DNA of 53,835 bases from Opitutaceae bacterium (GTDB lineage: Bacteria; Verrucomicrobiota; Verrucomicrobiia; Opitutales; Opitutaceae): the NCBI GenBank assembly GCA_041479395.1, contig JBGOXZ010000001.1:1-53835 (forward strand), written 5' to 3'. This document shows positions 46,581 to 53,835 of this stretch, in pieces (position 1 is the stretch's first letter; each line of letters starts with the position of its first letter). The notes beneath the pieces are model-generated. The model worked only from the letters and a program-made list of their open reading frames with translations, searched no databases and was not told the origin of the DNA. The position numbers and the translations under genes were made by a program.

Positions 46581-47840
46581 TTATTCGTACCGGAGCGCCA
46601 CCACCGGATCGAGGCGCGAGGCGCCCCACGCCGGAGCGAAGCCGGAAATGATCCCGGTGACGACCGAGACCAACATGCTGATGGCAACGAGGTCGGGTGA
46701 GAACTGGACTGGAAAGTTGGGCATCTGGAAGCGGATGCCGAGGAAAACGGCATAGGCGACCCCCATGCCGACAGCTCCGCCAATCAGGCAGATCGACACC
46801 GCCTCGATCAGGAACTGCAGGAGAATGGTGCGGCGCCGGGCGCCGAGGGCCTTGCGCGTGCCGATCTCCTTGGTGCGTTCCTTCACGCTGACGAAGGTGA
46901 TGTTCATGATGCCGATGGCACCCACGAACAACGATAAGCCGGTGATGAACAGGCCGGCGAGAGCAATGGCTGTTTTCACCGGATCCAGCTGCGCCTTGAA
47001 GGCTTGCTGCTCGTTGATGGAGAAGTTGTCGCGCTCATCGGGAAGCTGGCCCCGCACGCGCCGCATGGCGCCGACGAGTTCATCCTTGGCCTGTTGCAGC
47101 CGCGTCTTGTCCGTCACCTTCACCCGCAGATCCGTGCGGCCGCGGATGCTGAACATCTTCCGGTACGCGGTGAGGGGCATGACGAGTTGGTTGTCAAAGC
47201 TGAAGAGCCCAAGAAACTCGCCCTGCTTGGCAAACACGCCGATGACCGTGAGAGGATGACCCCCGACGGTCACCGCCCCGCCCAGCGCGGAACGTCCGGG
47301 AAACAGCGCCTCGGCGACGTCGTAGCCCAACACGCACACGGAACGGCCGGCGCCGGCCTCAAGCTCATTGAACAGGCGCCCCTCCTGGTAATCGACCCCG
47401 CTGATGCGCGCATAATCGGCCCCAGTACCAAAGACGAAGATGCCATCGACGCGGCTGTCGCCCGCTTTCACCGAGCTGCCGCGTCCCGCCACCGGCACGG
47501 CGACCTCCAGCAGCGAATTCGGTGTGTTTCCGATGATCCGGTTGAGCTTCTCGGCGTCCGCGAGCAGAATGGGCGGGCGGTTGACGTAATTCCACCAATC
47601 CTCGACCGGCCCCCACGGCCACTTTTGCACGTAGAGGACGTCGTCGCCCAGCATGGCGAGACTGTTGTTGAAGCCCGTGTCGATGCCGCGGATCGCCGTG
47701 CCCATGAGCGTGACGGCGACAATGCCGATGATGACGCCGAGCGCGGTCAGCACCGAGCGCATCTTGTTCGCGCGGATCTGCGCCCACGCGATGCGGATGG
47801 ATTCGATGAATTCGTAGTAGAAGCGGGCCAGGGCTTTCAT
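46581..47840 (-). CDS. ABC transporter permease, MacB/FtsX type (paralogue of the downstream gene)
   Basis: Same architecture as the downstream gene: KERTKEIGTRKALGARRRTILLQFLIEA, ending VVALRYE. Confidence 0.85.
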   Translation of the reverse strand: MKALARFYYEFIESIRIAWAQIRANKMRSVLTALGVIIGIVAVTLMGTAIRGIDTGFNNSLAMLGDDVLYVQKWPWGPVEDWWNYVNRPPILLADAEKLNRIIGNTPNSLLEVAVPVAGRGSSVKAGDSRVDGIFVFGTGADYARISGVDYQEGRLFNELEAGAGRSVCVLGYDVAEALFPGRSALGGAVTVGGHPLTVIGVFAKQGEFLGLFSFDNQLVMPLTAYRKMFSIRGRTDLRVKVTDKTRLQQAKDELVGAMRRVRGQLPDERDNFSINEQQAFKAQLDPVKTAIALAGLFITGLSLFVGAIGIMNITFVSVKERTKEIGTRKALGARRRTILLQFLIEAVSICLIGGAVGMGVAYAVFLGIRFQMPNFPVQFSPDLVAISMLVSVVTGIISGFAPAWGASRLDPVVALRYE

Positions 47841-47860
47841 AGCGCGAACGGGTCTGACCT

Positions 47861-48625
47861 TCAGGCATTCACCATCCGGTCGCTCTCGATCAATCCGTCA
47901 TGGAGGCGGATGGCGCGGCGGGCATGCCGGGCAATGTCCTCCTCGTGGGTGACGACGATGATGGTGTTACCCTGTTCATAAATCTGGTCGAACAGCTGCA
48001 TGATCTCCTCGCCGGTCTTGGAGTCGAGGTTGCCGGTGGGTTCGTCCGCGAGGATGATCGAGGGGCGGTTGACGAGCGCGCGGGCGATGGCCACGCGCTG
48101 GCGCTGGCCACCGGAAAGCTCGTTGGGCTTGTGCAGCATGCGGTCGCCGAGGCCGACGTTTTCGAGCGCCTGCCGCGCCTGTTCCCGCCGCTCAGCGGGC
48201 GGCAAGCCGGCATAGATCAGCGGCAGCTCGACGTTGTGCAGAGCAGTTGAGCGCGGCAGCAGATTGAAGGTCTGGAAGACGAAGCCGATTTCGCGGTTGC
48301 GGATGCTGGCCAGCTCGTCGTCCGACATGCTGGAGACGTCCCTGCCGTTGAACTGGTAATGCCCGCTGGTGGGCGTATCGAGGCAGCCGAGCATGTTCAT
48401 TAGCGTCGACTTGCCGCTGCCGGACGGCCCCATGATAGCCATGTACTCGTTGCTATGCACCTTGAGGGCGACACCGCGGAGGGCGTGCACGGTCTCCTCC
48501 CCCATGTGATACAGCTTGGTGACGCCCTCGATATCGATCACCAGCGGGCCCGGCGGGCGGGTGGTGCGGCGGGAGTTGATGGCGGGTGGAGGCGGCGGGA
48601 TCATGGCGGCGGGATGCGCGGTCAT
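47861..48625 (-). CDS. ABC transporter ATP-binding protein (MacB/LolD-like)
   Basis: Walker [10 protein letters not shown], signature [15 protein letters not shown], Walker [13 protein letters not shown]. There is a Pro-rich N-terminal extension of about 28 aa, so the start could instead be the internal Met at 48604. Confidence 0.9.
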   Translation of the reverse strand: MTAHPAAMIPPPPPAINSRRTTRPPGPLVIDIEGVTKLYHMGEETVHALRGVALKVHSNEYMAIMGPSGSGKSTLMNMLGCLDTPTSGHYQFNGRDVSSMSDDELASIRNREIGFVFQTFNLLPRSTALHNVELPLIYAGLPPAERREQARQALENVGLGDRMLHKPNELSGGQRQRVAIARALVNRPSIILADEPTGNLDSKTGEEIMQLFDQIYEQGNTIIVVTHEEDIARHARRAIRLHDGLIESDRMVNA

Positions 48626-48658
48626 GGGTTTTCGGGTCAGGCACCGAGGCGGGCCGCC

Positions 48659-50074
48659 TCAATTCTTTTCCTCCTTCTTCGGTTTCTCCACGAGGATCTT
48701 GGACCCATCCTTGAGGGTTCGGCTGATGGCAGCGTAGCTGCCGGACACCACTTCTTCGCCCACTTTCACCCCGCTTTTGATTTCGATGTAGCTGTTGTCA
48801 GCCACGCCGGTTTCGACTGGACGCATCTTCACCGTGTCGCCCTGTCGTATGAAAATGACCCGCTTCAACTTCTCTCGGGTGCGCCGGGCCTCCTCGCGCT
48901 CCTTGACGAGTTCAAGATCATTGCCCGTCCGCTCCTTGGCTTCCTTCACCCTCTGCTGCTGGAGTTCCTCCGTGGTCTTGCCGCCCTCGGCGCGGACCGT
49001 GACGCTCTGGATGGGCACGGCGACGACATTGCTCACGGTTTCCGTCTCAATGTCGACGGTGGCGCTCATGCCGGGGCGCAAATGAGCTTCCCGATCACTG
49101 ATGCGGATGCGCACCAGGAAATTGGTCACCTCGTCGGAGGCGGAGGCGGCCAGCGCCGCCTGGTTGCTGCTGGCGCTGCCCGTGCCGGTGGTCAGCGCGG
49201 AACTGCTGATTTCGCTCACCGTGCCTTCAAACTTTCGGCCGGGGAAGGCATCGATCGCGACCACCGTATGATCGCCGAGCTTCACGTTGACGATGTCGTT
49301 TTCGTTCACCTTCACCCGCACCTCCATGTGGTTCAGGTCGGCAATGCGCATGACGTCGGTGCCGCTGAACTGGCCGGTGCCAACCACCCGCTCGCCCACT
49401 TCGCTGTTGAGCACGCTGACCGTGCCGTCCATCGGCGCGTAGATGGTGGTTTTCTCGAGCTGGTCGCGGTACTGGTTAAGGGCGCCTTCCGTGCGGCGGA
49501 TCTGGGCAACCGAGGAATCAAAATCGGCGCGGGCGACTTCCACATTGGTCTTGGCGGTGGTGTAATCCGAGTCGGAGATCAGTTGCTTCTTGTAGAGATC
49601 ATTGGCCCGCTGGAAATCCTGCTCGGCCTTTTCGAGATTGGCCTTGCTCAGGACGCTGGCGGCCTTGGAGGAGGTGAGCGCCGCCTCCTGCTGATCGACC
49701 TGCGCGGCGTAGAAGTCGGGCTTGATGCGAACGATGATGTCGCCCTTCTTGACGGGCTGACCCTCCTTGATCGGCAGGGCAACGAGCTCGCCCGAAACCT
49801 CGGGAGAAATCGCGACCTCCATTTCCGGCTGCACCTTGCCGGTGGCGGTGACGAGATGCGTGATGGTCCGGATGACGGCCTTGTCCGTCGTGACGGTCAA
49901 CGGCTTCACGCCCTGTTTGCTTTTCACCACGGCGGCGACGGCCAGGCCGGCTACGACCACAATGCCGGCAAGGATCCACCATTTGCGGCGTGATTTCTTC
50001 CGGGCGGGAAAAACTTTCGCCGCAGGCGCAGCGTCAGAGCGTGGAAGGGTGGCGGAAGTCGTGGTCTGGCTCAT
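48659..50074 (-). CDS. efflux periplasmic adaptor (HlyD/MacA membrane-fusion family)
   Basis: N-terminal TM (WWILAGIVVVAGLAVAAVV), a lipoyl-like motif (GDIIVRIKPD), a long coiled-coil hairpin, then beta-barrel and MP domains. Confidence 0.85.
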   Translation of the reverse strand: MSQTTTSATLPRSDAAPAAKVFPARKKSRRKWWILAGIVVVAGLAVAAVVKSKQGVKPLTVTTDKAVIRTITHLVTATGKVQPEMEVAISPEVSGELVALPIKEGQPVKKGDIIVRIKPDFYAAQVDQQEAALTSSKAASVLSKANLEKAEQDFQRANDLYKKQLISDSDYTTAKTNVEVARADFDSSVAQIRRTEGALNQYRDQLEKTTIYAPMDGTVSVLNSEVGERVVGTGQFSGTDVMRIADLNHMEVRVKVNENDIVNVKLGDHTVVAIDAFPGRKFEGTVSEISSSALTTGTGSASSNQAALAASASDEVTNFLVRIRISDREAHLRPGMSATVDIETETVSNVVAVPIQSVTVRAEGGKTTEELQQQRVKEAKERTGNDLELVKEREEARRTREKLKRVIFIRQGDTVKMRPVETGVADNSYIEIKSGVKVGEEVVSGSYAAISRTLKDGSKILVEKPKKEEKN

Positions 50075-50382
50075 CGGTAAAGCGGAAAGGTTTGGCCTAT
50101 CGGGAGGCCCAAGGCAAGCAAGGCGAGTCCTGGCGGGGAAGAATTCGCAAAACGGTGTGGATGCGCATCAATGGTCGCCTGCCCAATGGCGGCAATGCAC
50201 GGCGTGCCTCCATGACACTAGATCGGCGCCGGGAGTTGCAGTGATTTTGGATGAACGGGCGGGTGAAGGGACGGATGGCGAGGGCGCCGGGCAGAGGCGG
50301 CGTGTCCGCGTTTCGCCCGCTCATCCTCCGGTCAAAAACCCTTGCTTCGGAGGACACGGTGGCCATTGCATGATGCCTCCTC

Positions 50383-51177
50383 ATGCGCATGCGGTTTTGC
50401 ATCCTCGGCAGCGGCAGCGAGGGCAACTGCGCCCTCCTCCAAACCGGGCAGGCCAGCGTGCTGGTCGACGCCGGGTTTTCGGCCCGCCGGATCGCGCAGT
50501 TGCTGGCCGCCGCGGGCGCATCGCTCGATCGCATTGATGCCATCTTCCTCACGCACGAGCATGGCGACCACGCCGCCGGGATCAGCGGACTCTCGCGTCA
50601 TCCGCAGATCAAGATCTTCGCCAACCATGCCACCGCCCGCGCTGTGCAGGCGGGATTGACGTACCGCCCCGCCTGGCAGTTTTTCGAAACGGGGACGCGC
50701 TTCCGGTTCCGTGATCTCGAGGTGGAGAGCTTCGCCGTGCCGCATGACGCACACGACCCGGTCGCCTTTCTCTTCAGCCACGGGGCGGACGACCTCCTGA
50801 CGCCGGCGTGCCGTCTGGCCTGGCTTACCGATCTCGGTCACGCCCCGCAGCATATCAAGGAACGCATCCGCGAGGCGGACGTGCTCGTGGTCGAAGCCAA
50901 TTTTTGTCCGCAAATGCTGAAGGATGACCCGAAGCGCCCGTGGTCGGTCAAACAGCGCATCAGCAGCCGGCATGGCCACCTTTCCAACGAGAGCGCCCGT
51001 GATCTCCTCACCTCGGTCGCGTCGCCGCGCTGGCGCCACGTCTTTCTCGCCCACCTCAGCCGCGAGTGCAACAGCCCGGCGGCCGTCGAAACCGCCTGCG
51101 CCGGCGTGCTGAGCGCGATCAACTGCGGTTTCTCTATCGTCGGCCCCGGCGCCGGCACGCCGTTTTATGAGTTCTGA
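50383..51177 (+). CDS. MBL-fold metallo-hydrolase (YycJ/PhnP-like)
   Basis: FCILGSGSEGNCALL, LVDAGFS, IFLTHEHGDHAAG, FAVPHDAHDP, HLSRECN. Confidence 0.75.
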   Translation: MRMRFCILGSGSEGNCALLQTGQASVLVDAGFSARRIAQLLAAAGASLDRIDAIFLTHEHGDHAAGISGLSRHPQIKIFANHATARAVQAGLTYRPAWQFFETGTRFRFRDLEVESFAVPHDAHDPVAFLFSHGADDLLTPACRLAWLTDLGHAPQHIKERIREADVLVVEANFCPQMLKDDPKRPWSVKQRISSRHGHLSNESARDLLTSVASPRWRHVFLAHLSRECNSPAAVETACAGVLSAINCGFSIVGPGAGTPFYEF

Positions 51178-51315
51178 GCGGGGATTCGCCCGCCTTCGCG
51201 CGGGCGCCCCCGGAACGGCGGTTGGTGCGGGGCACGCGGTTCCCCCGTTTGCGCCACGCTGTTTTCCGGTGTGAAACTTGCTCCTGACTTCGCCGCACAT
51301 AGCCTGTCTCTTCGC

Positions 51316-52743
51316 ATGCATCAGCCCTCCCGCCGCACCAAGATCATTTTCACCATCGGCCCCGCCACCGAGGGCGACGAAACCCTTGAGAAAATCATCC
51401 GCGCCGGCGCCGACGTCTGCCGGATCAACATGGCCCACGCCACCCACGATTGGACGCGCCAGATCATCCGCCGCGTCCGCGCCGTCTCGCAGCGGGTCGG
51501 CCGCGAGATCGCCATCATGATGGACATCAAGGGCCCGGAGATCCGCACTGGCGATCTGGCGGCGCCGATCGAACTCAAACCGGGTGAAATCTTCGACTTC
51601 ACGGTCAAACCCGCCGGTCCCCGGGAAAGCACCGAGGAGGTGCGGTCGGTCGACGTCAACTACAAGGACCTCGTCAACGACATCAACGTCGGTGACACCG
51701 TGCTCGTCGACAACGGCCTCATCCGCCTCGAAGTGCTCGAAAAAAGGGCCGCCCATATCCGCTGCCGCGTGCTCACACCCGGCCAGCTCGCCTCGCGCCG
51801 CCACATCAACCTGCCCGGCGTGAACGTCAACCTGCCCGCGTTCACCGAAAAGGATCGCGCTGACACGCTCGTCGGGCTCGAGGAGGGCCTCGACTTGGTG
51901 GCGCTTTCCTTCGTGCGCTCGGCGGCAGACATCGCGCACCTCCGCGAATTCCTGCGGAGCCGCAATTCCCGCGCCCGCATCATCGCCAAAATCGAGGATC
52001 AGTCGGCCATCGCCAACCTCGATGAGATCGTCCAGGCCTGCGATGGTTTGATGGTGGCGCGCGGCGACCTCGGCATCGAATGCCCGTTTGAGGAGCTGCC
52101 CATCATTCAGCGCTGCGCCGTCCGGGCCTGCCTGCATCATGGACGCGCCGTGATCATCGCCACGCACATGCTGGAATCGATGATCCAGCAGCCCATGCCC
52201 ACCCGCGCTGAAATCACCGATGTCGCCAATGCCGTCGACGAGCGGGCCGACTGCGTCATGCTGTCCGGAGAGACGTCGGTCGGGCGTTACCCCGTTGAAT
52301 GCGTGCAGGTCCTCGACAAAATTGCCCGGCGCAGCGAGCAGGAGGATCCCGACGATGTGCTCGATCCCGTCAGTCTCGGCGGCGACAAGGTGAAACTCCT
52401 GCATTCCGCCGTCGTGATGGCCAACGAGCTGCCCGGCTCGCTCCTCCTCACCTTCACCCGCCAGGGATTCATGGCGCAGGGCCTCGCCGCCATGCGGCCG
52501 CGCAGCGCCGCGATCCTCGCCTTCACGCCTTCGCTCGAAACCCTGCGCCAGCTGCGTCTGCTGCGCGGTGTGGAACCCTACCTGATGACCTTCTCCGCCG
52601 ATCCGGATGTGACCATTGAGAATGCCATCCAGCAGCTCAAGCGGCACGGCCGCGTGGCCGCGGGCGCCAAGCTGATCGTCGTCACGGACATACTTTCGCA
52701 GGATCGTCTCGTCGACAGCGTCCAGCTTCGCGCCGTCCGCTGA
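51316..52743 (+). CDS. pyk: pyruvate kinase
   Basis: RRTKIIFTIGPAT, CRINMAHATH, MMDIKGPEIRTG, INLPGVNVNLPAFTEKD, AKIEDQSA, MVARGDLGIECP, ATHMLESM. ATG at 51316, 15 codons inside the track ORF. Confidence 0.95.
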   Translation: MHQPSRRTKIIFTIGPATEGDETLEKIIRAGADVCRINMAHATHDWTRQIIRRVRAVSQRVGREIAIMMDIKGPEIRTGDLAAPIELKPGEIFDFTVKPAGPRESTEEVRSVDVNYKDLVNDINVGDTVLVDNGLIRLEVLEKRAAHIRCRVLTPGQLASRRHINLPGVNVNLPAFTEKDRADTLVGLEEGLDLVALSFVRSAADIAHLREFLRSRNSRARIIAKIEDQSAIANLDEIVQACDGLMVARGDLGIECPFEELPIIQRCAVRACLHHGRAVIIATHMLESMIQQPMPTRAEITDVANAVDERADCVMLSGETSVGRYPVECVQVLDKIARRSEQEDPDDVLDPVSLGGDKVKLLHSAVVMANELPGSLLLTFTRQGFMAQGLAAMRPRSAAILAFTPSLETLRQLRLLRGVEPYLMTFSADPDVTIENAIQQLKRHGRVAAGAKLIVVTDILSQDRLVDSVQLRAVR

Positions 52744-52950
52744 CGATCCTGGCGCGCCGGCGTGTCGCCTGTTCTCGGGCCCCGTTTGTCGCGCGGCAAC
52801 CCGCAGGAGCGGCACCCTGGGATCGCCCCAAGACCCCGGCGGCCCCGGACCTCCCCGCATCCGCACCGCCTTCAATGGGGCAAGGAAAAGGTCAACTAAC
52901 CGCTGACATGTCTCGGTCCGCGGTGGCGCCAGTGCCGGCGAACAATCTCT

Positions 52951-53409
52951 TCATACGCGGTCAAAACCCGCTTGGATCAGCTCCACGCGCAGGGCGGTGA
53001 GCGACACGTGCAGGTCGACGAGAAACACGACCAGCGAAGCGATCAACGAGGCCATGCAAAGAATGAAACACAGAGTCACCAGCAGCGCCGCCTCGACGTG
53101 CAGCAGGGCCGCGAAGAAAAGCGAGATGATCAGCAACCCGGCCAACAGGACGCTCGCCGTGGCGAGGATGATGGCGAGCCGGATGATCTTGGTCCGCCGA
53201 TAAAGCACCGCGAGTTGCACCGACAGGTGCTCCCGATCAGCCGCAACGGCGACCGGCAGTTCCCGCGCCAGGAGGCGGGAGCGATCGACCACGCGCCCGA
53301 AGCGATTGGTCATCGAGAGCAACAGCAAACCGACGCCCGAGATGAGAATCACCGGCCCGACCGCCGTTTGAATGACGGGAATGAGTTCTTGCAGAGTGAG
53401 CGAGGTCAT
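52951..53409 (-). CDS. DUF2721-like membrane protein
   Basis: LIPVIQTAVGPVILISGVGLLLLSMTNRFGRVVDRSRLLAREL plus two further TM helices. The ATG at 53409 is preferred over the TTG at 53418. Confidence 0.6.
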   Translation of the reverse strand: MTSLTLQELIPVIQTAVGPVILISGVGLLLLSMTNRFGRVVDRSRLLARELPVAVAADREHLSVQLAVLYRRTKIIRLAIILATASVLLAGLLIISLFFAALLHVEAALLVTLCFILCMASLIASLVVFLVDLHVSLTALRVELIQAGFDRV

Positions 53410-53558
53410 GAGCCGCAATGAAAGTTAGTCGCGACCACGACGCCTAGCAGAGTGAGAACGTTTTGTCGGCACCGAAAACCGCGCGTCTGGGAGCCACGAA
53501 CTGGCACGCACGCTTGCCGTCCAGCCGCATCGGGATATACGTTCCGCCCCACCGCCCT

Positions 53559-53835
53559 ATGACGGCTCAGGATATTCACTCGCGCGCCTCCCGCCGATTC
53601 CTGCACCGCCTGCTAGCCGCAGGGGGTGTGGCGTTGGTGCTGATGCTCTCTGTTCTGGCGGCCAGTCCAACGCTGCACGCGTGGCTGCATTGCAGCGCCG
53701 GTCAGGCGGACCACGAGTGCGCCATCACCCTGTACCAACATGGCGTGGCTGCCGCGGGGGTTGGCATCACACTGGCGACAGTGGCGCTGGTTGTCCTGGC
53801 GCGGGTCGTAACCGCGCCCGCGGAACTGCACCTCG
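53559..53835 (+). CDS. 5' part of a hypothetical membrane protein with a His/Cys motif (runs off the window)
   Basis: An ATG at 53559 opens a frame that stays open to the window end; it is not in the supplied track because it is unterminated. The translation is MTAQDIHSRASRRFLHRLLAAGGVALVLMLSVLAASPTLHAWLHCSAGQADHECAITLYQHGVAAAGVGITLATVALVVLARV.. (TM, His/Cys patch, TM). Confidence 0.35.
   Translation, partial: MTAQDIHSRASRRFLHRLLAAGGVALVLMLSVLAASPTLHAWLHCSAGQADHECAITLYQHGVAAAGVGITLATVALVVLARVVTAPAELHL

Noticed and set aside
48455-49993. 512-aa plus-strand ORF opposite the adaptor gene.
   Set aside because: Antisense shadow, Gly/Asp/His/Leu-rich, with no motif.
50332-52875. 847-aa minus-strand ORF covering the MBL hydrolase and pyruvate kinase.
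   Set aside because: Antisense to two motif-verified genes. It is the longest shadow ORF in the window.

Overview
This is a 53.8-kb high-GC bacterial chromosomal segment, densely coded on both strands with about 50 CDS. By eye I found no rRNA, tRNA, CRISPR array, transposase or integrase. The family content suggests a PVC-group organism such as Verrucomicrobiota/Opitutales, but that is inference only: it includes a TIGR03118 beta-propeller protein, an NfeD-FloA operon, DUF4199, DUF2721, prepilin-type pseudopilins and a sigma-54 NtrC-type regulator. Left to right the window holds: a secreted/envelope block (CARDB-tailed fragment, LamG protein, BASS-like transporter, S8 protease, TIGR03118 protein); an orphan rtcB; metY; a 1060-aa EndoQ-like PHP nuclease fused to a UvrD helicase; yjbQ; accBC; a 7-gene gspIJK-like plus pilMNOP-like cluster; a same-strand manA-hyp-grpE-dnaJ-hldC-purN array; ftsK; a RodZ-like gene; the NfeD-NfeD-floA operon; an aldose epimerase; tatA; Smr; DUF4199; a LysR regulator; a phasin-like gene plus an ABC1/UbiB kinase; a histidine kinase plus sigma-54 response regulator; a 678-bp gap holding a terminator-flanked small ORF; an atypical 413-aa adenylate-kinase-like protein; a MacAB-type efflux operon; an MBL hydrolase; pyruvate kinase; and DUF2721. 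Most of this is housekeeping. The best candidates for something undescribed are the EndoQ-UvrD fusion, the incomplete pseudopilin/platform cluster with its oversized tip protein, and the extended Adk-like protein beside the small-ORF gap. Many long ORFs in the supplied track are antisense shadows typical of GC-rich DNA and were rejected. All family calls come from motif recognition by eye; no searches were run.
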